From positions 62,001 through 126,000 of the forward strand of contig JAPEUI010000033.1 of the NCBI GenBank assembly GCA_026025075.1: a stretch of 64,000 bases of DNA, given 5' to 3'. Positions 52,465 through 63,028 of this stretch are shown here, piece after piece. The notes under the pieces are model-generated. The model was not told the DNA's origin. It did no database searches and saw only the letters and a list, made by a program, of their open reading frames with translations. A program made the translations under genes and the position numbers. The first letter of the stretch is position 1, and each line of letters opens with the position of its first letter. This stretch comes from Vezdaea acicularis. Lineage: Eukaryota.

Positions 52465-52813
52465 GTTGTCATTATCCTGCAAATATTTCTTCTCCTCTGC
52501 TTTTTTCGACAGATTTTCTGAACATGCGTAGTTGAACTTTTTACAACGATCGCAGCGGTCTGGCCATATCCTTTCTGTAGGCACGCACTAAAAAAGGATT
52601 AGCCGTCAATGTTAAAACCGTAAATAACTGATGACTTGACCTTCTGCCGATCATAGCGACACTTTGAACACTTAAGAAAATTCAACACTGGAGCTTTCTT
52701 TGGCCGTGGCATGTTGAGTTGAATGGATAGGTTCAGAGCAAAAGCATTTCAACAAAAGCACAAGCTATAAGTTGATTGTCAAAAAGCCCCCTCGTCAGAA
52801 AATTGTTACATAG

Positions 52814-53078
52814 TGTGAGGCAGAGGCGTACGAGCAGGGAGCAGACTAAGCCGTATCCGGCGCAGCGCAAGCATCACTCAGGGGAGTCACTAAAGGTATC
52901 AAGAAGTATAGAACATAGTAGCAGTCAATGAATACGTCTATGTGGATTGTGTATTGAATGCTGGGGAGCCATGCCTCAGCGCTTCCCCGCATTCTTAGCT
53001 ACTACGGTGCGTCACGTGACTCAAGCCTAGTGCAGGCATAACGCAGGCTGCGATCACGGGATGGGTACGTTCGTGACA
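52814..53078 (-). repeat. 3' LTR (265 bp)
   Basis: tgtgaggca...gttcgtgaca; I count 4 mismatches against 61292-61556. Confidence 0.95.
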
Positions 53079-53093
53079 ACTACCCCCTCTCCT
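53079..53093 (-). other. Polypurine tract
   Basis: The minus strand reads AGGAGAGGGGGTAGT immediately before the 3' LTR. Confidence 0.8.
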
Positions 53094-53475
53094 ATGGCTG
53101 CGGTCCCCGCAGACTTATGCTAGGGTTCCTTTCTACTATATCCGCTGCTAGCATCTTATGCTAGCTTTGGCGTATGCTAGCTATTGAAGCTAGATTCATC
53201 TCAATAAGTACTGTAGGCTGCCGTCTCAAAAGGCGCTCAGAAGAAGAGCAGGCCTTATTGTCGATTGCTGCGGCTCTATTGTTCTTTGTATTGAGATGCA
53301 TCTCCTTTGTTTCAGGTTGGACAGGGGTCTTTTTGGTGTTTCCTGAGCTCCTCAAGACTAGCTCAAGCTTCACTCGAGCAATAGTCCTGAGAGATCGTAT
53401 GCCTCATGACGAAGAGTTATGAACTCTCACTTCGCCGTCATGTCATTGCTTTGTGGGACCTTCTGCCGTCCCGCC

Positions 53476-53482
53476 TATATAA
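53476..53482 (+). promoter_or_regulatory. TATA box of the antisense cargo gene
   Basis: TATATAA followed by a CT-rich leader, about 120 bp upstream of ATG 53598. Confidence 0.55.
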
Positions 53483-53597
53483 GGCAGCGGCTCCCCCACT
53501 CTTCTTCGTCCAACCTTCTTCCTTTTTACACCTTGCTGGTGTCCTTTTCTTTGCCCTCTGCTTATAGCTTAATCAAGCTATAATCAAGCTCTTTACT

Positions 53598-55415
53598 ATG
53601 TCTCGCATTTGTCCTCCTAAGGATGCACAAGTGCCCTTCAAGAAAGGAGTCGTGCCTAGTCGGCTTGCCAATCCGCCTGAGATGACTCGTCAGGTCTGCC
53701 TCAGATGCATGAAGAGGGTTGACCAAGATCCTGGGGCCAAATGTGCTCGTCTCACTCCATTGACAAAGTGTACCTACTGTCAGGAGTTCAACCATCTTTG
53801 CCATGACGTGAGTATCCTTTGATTCTCTCACGAGCTCAGCTGTAATGACTGTATTAGCCCCTAGCTTCTATCAAGTCTTTTGGGATGAATAAGGGGTAAG
53901 GAGACTAGCTTTGCTTCAGCTTCGCTTCTGCTTCGCCTAGCTCTCTAGCACCTAGCATAAGGCCAGGTGGTTCTTAGATCACCTGACATAGACGAGCGTA
54001 GCTATTAGAGCTGCCGCTTTCCTTAGGATAGCTCTTCAGCAATCAACTCATCTATTCATCTGAATAACTAGTAGGAAGACATCCTCGCTTTGCTTCGTCT
54101 GACCCTTCTCTTATCTTGCCTTGCCTCGTCTTACCTCGCCCCAGTTACTATCACTGCACCTAGTCTTCGTCTGCAAGTTCTCGAGTCCTTGGGAGTTAGC
54201 TCACACGCCTACAGATCCTTGCTCCCTGACAAAGCACTGGCCTGTCCTTACATCAGCTAATCGCTCATAGGTTCCGGTCTCTTATGTCGCTATCGCCAAC
54301 AAACTCCTCGAGCATGCTAACGTCTTGTGGGGTATGGGTGAGTAGCTCTAGGATACCTCATGAGTATAGCTTGCTAACGCTCTGAGTTTTAGGTCCCGAT
54401 CATCCGCGATACAAGGACGGTCAGGCTCTTTTTGTAAGAACGCGGTGGCATCCGTCTTAGGCGCGCCGACGCGCCCTAGACGGCTGCTCTTGCTTAGACG
54501 CCGACGGCGCTCAGGGGGCGCTTAGTCAGCGCGCCCCTTACATATATACCAAGTCGGTCCCGCTGGGGACGCGGCATCGAATAGTCTTGACTCATAACTA
54601 GTTCTTGGAATCTATTCATGTAATTGCAGTCTACTCATTATATCGCTATACCGCTACATCTATATAGCCCTGTGACACTGCTAGCTATCGCCGGCGGCCC
54701 GCCTACTCCGATAGCCTATTAAACACGCAGCAACACTGCAGGCGGACCGCAGACGGCGCCGGCTTACCACGCTCTCAGAATCAGAGGCAGCTATTGTGCC
54801 CGTCCTTACATTTTTGGCTCACAAGACGGCTATCTTCGCCAAGGACGTTGAGGCATGGCGCAAGGCCAACGATCCAACTCGCAACACCCAGGACGAGGCT
54901 CAACGTTCACGAGATGCCACTCAAAAGGGTATTCGTCTGGCTCTCGAGGCTCTTGTTGACGTTACTTGATATATTGTAAGTGCTCCTTTTCAAACCCAAC
55001 TCTAAGGCTACTCTTGAGTTAAGCCTGCTAACTCTTCTTCTAGGCCCGCCTCCCGTCTCTTCCTCTTGGCCGCTGGTTCGAAGACGACGAGTATGGTCTG
55101 AACTGAAACTACTTCTTTGAGGGTCGCGATCAGAACGGCACTCCTATTTCCGGAGTTGAGCCCATGGACCCGCCTCTCCCTACAACCTTGGTGGTGAGAA
55201 CTCCAAGACGCAGTACCTTCTTCCTTTCTGGTCCTGATCCCCCCGCGCTTGCCTTCAGCTCCGATTCTGCTTCCGGTTCTGACCCTTCTGGCCTGCCCAA
55301 AGTGACGAACTACGACACTAAGGACCCGGACAACAATAGCGGAGAGGACGAGAACGCCGAACTGGACCCCGCCGGGGCAGCACGTCGTGGCTTCTCTTCC
55401 GTCAATTATCAGTAG
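53598..55415 (+). pseudogene. Retrotransposon-internal antisense gene encoding a variant six-Cys zinc-cluster protein (damaged copy)
   Basis: Exons 53598-53807, 54271-54337, 54393-54975 (minus the nested solo LTR) and 55044-55415, with gtgagt/gtgagt/gtaagt donors and ctaat/ctaac branch sites. Translation: CLRCMKRVDQDPGAKCARLTPLTKCTYCQEFNHLCHD|VPVSYVAIANKLL..M|GPDHPRYKDGQAL[LTR]LAHKTAIFAKDVEAWRKAN..VT*YI|ARLPSLPLGRWFEDDEYGLN*NYFF..VNYQ*. Confidence 0.72.
54432..54810 (+). mobile_element. Nested solo LTR (379 bp)
   Basis: Termini TGTAAG...CTTACA; flanks tcttt/ttttt (degenerate TSD in a T-run). Shares blocks with the reverse complement of 60497-60899 (catcgaatagt; cgcagacg; ccacgctctcag; ttgtgccc..ccttaca). 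Confidence 0.8.
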
Positions 55416-55826
55416 GCACTCAAGGGGCAATCAAGCTCTTGCCGGCGTTAGGGACACAGCGTTTGGTAGCTGAAGGGCTTGCCTTTGGTGTAGGATGGCG
55501 GAGATCGGACAGATTGAGCAACAGGCTCTAGACTTGCGTTGCTTTCCTTAGATAGACTCAATAAAGATGATCTATTTTATGACCTGACCTCGCGTGATAC
55601 CCTCTCAATTGACTCGTAGTTATGCCCTATGCGTTGAGCTGCTCTGCCTCGTTAAAACTGTAAAAACCTATGTAGGAAAACCAGAAAGAGTGCAGACAGT
55701 CTCATGCGTGGCTGCTGAGTGTCTCGCAAGTAGGGCTTGAGCGTGTCTTCTTCTTCAAGATATCCATTGTCTTCCAATGTCTCCAGGGTTCTTCAAACCC
55801 CTACGGAGCTCCTTAAGCAATAAGGA

Positions 55827-58800
55827 CTATGTTGCGACACAATTGCGTCTCTGCCTAGGCTTCCGTTGATGCCGTTCCTCAGTAAGCTTATTTGCTTTGG
55901 TAGGATAACGCTCATGAAAGTCTGAGACTAGCTTGCGCAACGCTTGAGTGATATCTAGCTCAGGGGCTGATAGCCATTCATTCTCAAAGTTGCCTCTATC
56001 CTCTTACGAGACTAAGTACTTGAGCTTCCCGTAGTGAAGCTTACTGTCGAGGACCTGTCCTACGACTAAGTCATCGTCGCTGAGGACACGCAAGAGTAAA
56101 GCCCCAGCATCGCTGCGGTCCTTGCCAGCCCTATAGGGCTCAAGTAGGGAAACATAGAATACGGGATGGATCTTGGTTCCCTCAGGGAGGCTCAGGCGAT
56201 AAGCCTGCTCCCCTATTGCGTCTACTATGCGATAGGGCCCATAGTACTTGTAATCGAGCTTTTTCGAAGGTCTCGCAGTACGTATGTTCCTACCCGATAG
56301 CCAGACCATATCATCAATGGCATAATCCATCGGCTTATGCTTTGCGTCATAGTACTCTGCTTGCTTAGCCACTGCCTCTTCCCACCTTGCCGTGAGCTCC
56401 TTTCGCAGCTTGTTTACTGCATCGAGCCTCACATTGACCGCAGGGAGATTGCAGGCTTCTCTCGAGAGCTCATCACCCGTGTTAGGGTGCTTGCCCCGGA
56501 CAGCATAAAAAGGGGTCATTCCCGTTGTACTATGCACGCTATTATTATATGCAAACTCTGCACTCGTGAGCTACTCAAGCCAGTCATCCTGCTGGTAGTT
56601 GACGTAGCTTCGGAGATACTGCTCCAGAGTTTGGTTCTGCCGCTCAGTTTGGCCGTCTGTCTGAGGGTGGAACGCGGTGCTTAATCGTTGCTTGATTCTC
56701 AGTTGATAGCAGAATGCTAACCAAAACTTTGACGTGAATTGGGTACCCCTATCCGTCACAATAGACATTGGGACCCCATAGTCCTTCCAGATGCGCCGGT
56801 AGAACAAATCTGCCAGGCCAGCCGCATTCAGGCTCTTTTGAGTTGGTATATACATGGCCATCTTTGATAGTCGATCGACCACCACCAAGATGACATCGTA
56901 TGAGTGACCCTTGCGTCCAGCAGAAGGCAAGTCAGTGATGAAATCCATCGTGAGGTCCTTCCACACCCCCTGAGGTGCGAGAAGCAATTGTAGCCGCCCG
57001 TGGGGCTTATGCCTGATTGCCTTACTCCTCGCACCTGCGTTACACGTGCAAACATACTGTTTGATGTCTCTAGACATCCCCGGCAAGTAGTACTTGCGAC
57101 GTACTAACTCCAGCGTACGCAGATACCCAAAATGACCCGCGTGTGGATCGTCGTGGTTGCTCCGCATAGCTTCCCCTCTTGAGGGACTCGGGAGGTACGC
57201 TTGAGTGCCATGATATAGCACACCACCGCTGACATTCCAGTCAGGGTCATCTCCCCTGGGTGGCATCTGCAATGCTTCACCTGCGCCTCCTTGAGTCTCC
57301 GCAGAGACTAAGGCAAGACGTTGCTCTCTCGTAAGACTTAGGAAGGTTATCAACCCCTGAGCAAGCTCATCGTCTTGCTGGAGTCTTGCGATAAGCCTGC
57401 AAAACTCCAGAGTAGGGTCTGAATACGCATCTTCGGTTTTCGCGCTTTCTCTCACCTCGTTTAAAGGCACCATGTGCCTTGACTTACGACCCCTAGAGAG
57501 CATAACTGTAGCCATTAAACGCAGGAAGTATGTAGCATTATTCGCTACTATGTTATCTTGCGTCGTTTCCAAATCAGGCTCGAACCGCAGGCCTGGCTCT
57601 GATGTAACGCTTGCTACACTCAGGCGCGCCTCATCCCCTAAGAGACTTCCACCATCCTGTTCGAGAGCGGCGGCTTCTTGCCTAGCACGCTCCTCGTAAT
57701 CAGGCCTCCGGGATGGCGCATCAGCCGGATTGAGCTTTCCCGCTCTATAGGAGATATTCAGGTCTAACGCTGATAATATCTCCCACCAGCGCGCATATTT
57801 GCCCCTAAGAGTCTTTGTACTCAGGAACGTCCGCAGATTGGCATGATCCATTAGGCAGCGTATAGCATGAGTGGCTCCTTTTAGATAGTGGCGCCACTGC
57901 TTACAAGCCTCAACGATCGCCAGCATCTCGGCGTCCCCTACGCCGTAGTTAAGTTTGGCTTCTTTCAAGCTCCTGAACCAGTACGCGACAGGCCGCCAGT
58001 GAGCTTGAGTGTCTTCTGAGTTGCTCTGGGATAGAATCCCAGCAATAGCATACTTGAACGCGTCCGTCTCAAGTTTTATTGGCAGCGCAGGGTCAAAGTG
58101 CCTTAAGATAGGAGCACTGGTAAAGCAACGCTTCAGCTCCTGGAAAGCCGCTATGGCTTCATCGGACATCACCAGCGTCTGACCTGTGAACTTCCCCTTT
58201 ACCGATCCTCGCAGCAGCTTGTTCAGCGGGCGCGCCACCTGAGAGTAGCTTGCGATGAACCTGCGGTAGAAGTTAGCAAACCCTAGAAAGACTTGTATGT
58301 CTTGATGGGTCTTAGGGGTAGGCCAGTCTTGGATCGTAGCTATCTGGCTTCTCTCCATCTCCACTCCAGCTGGGCTCACGATGAACCCTACGAAACCAAC
58401 CTGCGTCACATAGAATTCACATTTGTCAAGCCTCGCAAAGAGTCTATACTTCGACAAGCGTGAGAGGATCCTGCGTACATGCTGAGTATGCTCAGCGCAA
58501 GTATTCGAGAAGATCAGTATATCATCCAAATATGCTATGCAAAACACATCTAGGAAGTCCCGCAGGACGTAGTTGATGTAACTTTGGAAGGTAGCAGGCG
58601 CATTAGCTAGGCCGAAAGGCATCACCTTATACTCGTAGTGGGCATAGCGTGTGCAGAAGGCCGTCTTCCATTCATCGCCCTCCTTGATCCTAATCAAGTT
58701 ATATGCAGAGCGGATATCAAGCTTGCTGTAGAATCTAGCTCCTACAAGCCTATCAAGCGCTTTGCTGATGAGGGGCAGGGGATATCGATTCTTAAACGTA

Positions 58801-59702
58801 ATCCGATTTAGCCCCTAATAGTCTACACACAGCCGTAACGTCCCATCTTTCTTCTTGACAAAAATGATCGGGGCTCCCGCAGGGGAGGAGCTGGCTTGAA
58901 TAAAGCTCTTCGCAAGATTCTCGGTGATATACTCCCGCAGAACCTTGAGCTCAAGATTTGATAGGGGGTACAGCGGCCCAAACGGCGGCTGCTGCCCCTG
59001 AGTATCAATTGCGTGGTCTTGGAGGCCATGAGGAGCCAACTCATTTGCCTCTTCTTCGGAGAAGACTCGCTCATAGTCAGAGTACTCCTCCGGGAAAGAG
59101 CTGCTCACGGTCGTCCCCCAGAGAACTCCTGCTTTGCTCCCGCTTGCATCTTGAGTGACAATAATCTGGTATGGACGTAGATCTTCCTCACTGATGCACG
59201 CAGCAAACGCGATAGGATAGATCACGTCGATTGCATTCGGCGTGCCCTCTGAGAGGCTCTTGCGCCAGGTCAGCATTCCATTTGCCCAACGAATGTCCGG
59301 GTCTCGCTCTTGAAGCCATGTTATCCCTAGTATGAGATCACAGCCCGTAAAGCTAGCAGCTACATAGCTGTCCGTGTGTCGCTGGGTCTTTCTATTGCTG
59401 TCCGTGACAGAGGTTTCAATGTCATGAGTCTGATAAGTGGACATGACATGTCCGCTCAGGCTGCGTATACCATGAGGGGCGTCTGAGTGACCCCTGAGCC
59501 CTAACTCTTTCACTTTTAACTGCGATATAAAGTTAAGAGAGGCTCCTGAATCGATCAGAGTGTTTACTTGAGTCTCTCGTGAGTTACTCATGCGCAAAGT
59601 GACTGGTATAAACATCGTTTGAGCTCCCATATGAGCATTACGGGTCAGTAGCACAGAAGCCACGTCTACGACCCAGACCCTTTTACTCGACGGTCCTGTC
59701 AC
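55827..59702 (-). pseudogene. pol: pol polyprotein (protease, RT, RNase H, integrase, chromodomain) with in-frame stops
   Basis: ORFs 58815-59702, 56571-58697 and 56004-56537 are in one frame. Motifs: LIDSGAS; LRLCVDY*GLN; VMPFGLANAPATFQ; YLDDILIF; LETDA; HDDPHAGH; MDFITDL; TDRGTQF; DGQTERQNQTLEQYL; GPYRIV; chromodomain YLVS*E..NEWLS..FHERYP. Confidence 0.93.
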
Positions 59703-61231
59703 GTTTCAGCTAGCCATTTGCGGCATTCCGAGCGATAATGGCCCTTCTTGCCGCAGTGATGGCAAATGGCATTCTTCTTACGCTCTACCGCTAAGGGTAT
59801 CGGGCGTGAAGCTGGAGGGGAGGCTGCGTAGGCAGTCTTAGGAGGTTCGGCGTTAGCCCTCGTGGCAACAGTCTCCTTCTCAAACGTCTTGCGTTTGTAA
59901 AAGGAATAACCCTTGCGATGAGAACTATGACTCTCATGAGCAGCGCTTGATTTGAACTTGCGCAGCTCCTGCTCCCTGGCTTCATAATGAATTGCCAGCG
60001 CAATGGCAGCTTCTCTGGTCTCGGGGAGTATCCCAGACCTAAGGACTTTGCCCTGTAGCGATGGTCTGAGGGCGGCAATGATCACATTGCGTCAAATGGG
60101 CTCCGGCATTAGAGGCATGCATGATTTGTAGTCGTTGATGGCCTCGACAAGCTTGACTACCGTGCGTCCCTCTTGCTTGACGCTGCGCCAATCCTTGAGA
60201 TCACGCAGCTCAGCGTTAGCATCAGTCGTAAGGAGGCGTCGGAGGTACGTCATAAAGTCCTCCCATGTATGGCTGTCTCCCTTTTCCGCGAACCTCGTTC
60301 ATGCCGCTTCAGCGGTGCCCTTGAGCTTCGCTTGCGCGAAGAGAATCTTCTTCTCGTCTCTGGCAAAAAAGGTAGGGCGGGCCTTGAAGCAGTTCTTCAA
60401 GGCTCGTTCCCATTCTCGTAGCTCTTTGTGGCTGCCCCCCTTATAGTTCTTGACTTCAGGGAGGGGCATATATTTCTCGTCGTCGGTCATCGTCTTTGTA
60501 AGGGTGGGCACAAGCTCTGCTCCTATACTGAGAGCGTGGCAGGCGTACGACGTCTGCGTCTTGCCTGCGGCAAGGAGGCGTACGCTCAGCGATGCATACG
60601 CGGGCTACGGTAGCTAGATATAATGATATGCTTCGCATATAATGATATTCGCCTGATTACATGGGGCGATATAGAGATAATGGGGTCATATAGATATAAT
60701 GAAGTTTCGTACGATCTAGCTATGGCATATGATAGTAAACTATTCGATGACGAGCCATCAGGGTAGCGCCATCGGCATATATAGGTAAAGGGGCTCGATC
60801 AGCGCTGCCCCTGGGCTAGGCCCTAAGCGGCGCTCATCTCGCTTAGCCCGCCCTAGCGCCGCTGGCGGGCTACCGCGAAAGCCACTGCGGCGTCTTACAG
60901 TCTTCTGGCGCTTGGCTATGCTGAGGTCAGAACTAGACAGCATAAGTCCATCTTGAGTGTCTCCTGCGGGTGCTGCTATGCCTTCCGCAGTAGTAGGAGG
61001 ATAGCCCTCTCTGCGTAACCGCAAGAGTCGCTCAAGCTTCCGCCTGGTCTCAGCTTCTTGGGCCTCTGCTTCCATTGCCTTCACCATACGCTCGCGAGTT
61101 GTAGGCGAGGTAGTTCTAATGATCTCTGCGTCACTCATGATAGACTCCTGATCCTCCTCGCTGGGAGTATGAGCGACGCCAGTAGTGCCCGACGACTCCT
61201 CCACTGGTGCTGAGCTTCCTACGTCGGCCAT
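59699..61231 (-). pseudogene. gag: gag, interrupted by a solo LTR and two stops
   Basis: ORFs 60758-61231, 60299-60511 and 59699-60085 share one frame. Removing 60497-60904 restores AKRQKTMTDDEKY. Motifs TWEDFMTYLRRLL and zinc knuckle CHHCGKKGHYRSEC. Confidence 0.88.
60497..60899 (-). mobile_element. Nested solo LTR (403 bp) inside gag
   Basis: TGTAAG...CTTACA termini with a perfect GTCTT TSD (60492-60496 and 60900-60904); excision restores the gag reading. Confidence 0.9.
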
Positions 61232-61233
61232 AC

Positions 61234-61269
61234 TGCTTATTCTGCCGGCTGCTTATTCTGCCGGCTGCT
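61234..61269. repeat. 16-bp tandem duplication in the retroelement leader
   Basis: ctgcttattctgccgg x2. Confidence 0.7.
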
Positions 61270-61278
61270 CAAGGATAG

Positions 61279-61289
61279 AGCATTTAATA
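61279..61289 (-). other. Putative self-priming primer-binding site (Tf1/sushi type)
   Basis: Minus-strand TATTAAATGCT, 2 nt inside the 5' LTR boundary, is complementary at 10 of 11 positions to minus-strand AGCATTCAATA at 61440-61430 in the LTR. No TGG tRNA-type PBS is present. Confidence 0.7.
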
Positions 61290-61291
61290 AT

Positions 61292-61556
61292 TGTGAGGCA
61301 TAGGCGTACGAGCAGGGAGCAGACTAAGCCGTATCCGGCGCAGCGCAAGCATCACTCAGGGGAGTCACCAAAGGTATCAAGAAGTATAGAACATAGTAGC
61401 AGTCAATGAATACGTCTATGTGGATTGTGTATTGAATGCTGGGGAGCCATGCCTCAGCGCTTCCCCGCATTCTTAGCTACTACGGTGCGTCACGTGACTC
61501 AAGCCTAGTGCAGGCATAGCGCAGGCTGCGATCACGGGATGGATACGTTCGTGACA
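61292..61556 (-). repeat. 5' LTR (265 bp)
   Basis: Direct repeat of 52814-53078, followed by the CATAG TSD. Confidence 0.95.
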
Positions 61557-62286
61557 CATAGCAACACAAAAATAGAGTGCCTTTCACGACAAATGGCAGA
61601 ATCATGTTTGAGTTGATATTGTAGATAGTTTAGAATAAGATTTAATGAGGATGATCAAGTAAAAATAACGAATATATACAATGAGTTGTGTGCGTATTAG
61701 TATACGCAGGCAATAGACTAGTCTTACAGTAAGTCGAAGCTGTGGTCAAGATTGATGGAGCATAAGCGACGGTTCTTCACAACAAAAGACCACAGGCTTG
61801 AAGGCACAAAACGCCGTCACAAGGCCACGGGCATGGCGCAGAGCATGATACTGCAAAAAGAACAAAGGTTTACTACTTTAGAGCTCATACCAAAAAGAAT
61901 TACTACGAAATTGCTGACAATCTTTGAAATTTTGAGAGTAATGTACGTTGGTGGGTAGATATGCCACGCATGCCCACTGCTCGCTCATGCGCCATCAATT
62001 TTGACCACAGCTTCGGCTAGGCTCCTGGCATCTCACCTTGCACCGTTCGGACCTTAATCCACGCTGTGCACCCTCTCGCGCTCGGAACGAGGAGAAAAGT
62101 TCGTAGCTTAACAACAACGAAAGGCCGTTCTACCATGGCCTTCTCTTGCTATTGCAGTACTTATCATTTATATACCGAACTCCCTTCGCCCAGACTCTGG
62201 ATTAAAAAATCTCCTCACATGCCAAAGTTTAAGATAAGTTACCGGAGCCCTCCTATCCCCCTAATAGCTCTACATAGTCCCACAAT

Positions 62287-63028
62287 ATGAACCACCAGGT
62301 GGCCTCTGTTACTGCTGGCCCCTCTACCATCCATGCCGACCAACCAGCTTCCACGCCCTTGGAGCCTTCCCATCGTGTGCTTGCGGTTGCTCTTCAAAAT
62401 CTCAACCGATGCTCGTATATCTTCTTAACCGACTTAGATAGCAGAGACCAGAGCGAGCAGGCGCTGCGCAAGGCAAAGGAAGCGTATCGCCGTCTGACAT
62501 ATGCACAGTGCAAGAACTCGTGGATTTCTTTGCTCTTAGCGTACCAAACGATCGGGACTGCAGAAGTTGAACATGTAAAGCTCAACTGATCGAGTGTCGT
62601 TATGGAACATTGCTCTGACTGACAATATCTTATCATCAAAGATAGCCACGATGGATTCCGAATGGCAACATCGTTTGTTCAGAGCCCACCTGCTCAATGT
62701 CAAGCACAATGCTCATCTCGCCGAAGCATGGCAATACCCAGAAATACTCCGCCACGACGTCAACTTCATACCAGACACGTACTGCATCACTGCTAACCCC
62801 ACAAACTTGCGAGACACAATTCGCGGCAAGTCTGTCATCGTCATCCGAATTGTAGTGCATAAAGGAAAGGTCGCCCTTTGGCTCACGCTTCCTCTCCATG
62901 TGGCACTCGTCCTGGGTATCGCTATAGGTGTTCGCTCACGGCGTGCCGACATTGGCATCGCAATCGGTACCGGTATCTTCTCCTTGGCCACCTTCCTGCT
63001 CTCCTTGGTTGCTTGGTTCTTTGCTTGA
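62287..63028 (+). CDS. Uncharacterised ~224-aa protein with two C-terminal TM helices; 2 exons
   Basis: Intron 62575-62641 (gtaaag..ctgac..aaag) joins ORFs 62287-62589 and 62594-63028 in frame. C-terminus VALWLTLPLHVALVLGIAIGVRSRRADIGIAIGTGIFSLATFLLSLVAWFFA. Confidence 0.7.

Larger units (their letters stand above)
50111..52712 (-). pseudogene. Zn2Cys6-cluster plus ankyrin-repeat gene with a frameshift and a premature stop in the repeat array
   Basis: ATG 52712 and intron 52588-52640 give CSKCRYDRQK|CVPTERIWPDRCDRCKKFNYAC. A second intron (~52255-52306) leads into ORF 50691-52181. More than 12 ankyrin units follow (GWTALH.AA..GHEAVVKLLLEKGA). Frame change at ~50745; TGG>TGA at 50564-50566. 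Confidence 0.8.
52814..61556 (-). mobile_element. Full-length Ty3/Gypsy LTR retrotransposon (chromovirus), inactivated
   Basis: Two 265-bp TG..CA LTRs; CATAG TSD at 52809-52813 and 61557-61561; gag with a CCHC knuckle; pol in PR-RT-RH-IN-chromodomain order; PPT next to the 3' LTR. Confidence 0.97.

Noticed and set aside
54420..54790. Reading this segment as a long third intron of the cargo gene
   Set aside because: TG..CA termini and similarity to the gag-nested solo LTR explain it better as an insertion, though cryptic splicing cannot be excluded.
59660..59702. Programmed -1 frameshift site at the gag/pol overlap
   Set aside because: pol is in the -1 frame relative to gag, but no clean slippery heptamer is visible in this mutated copy, so the site cannot be placed.
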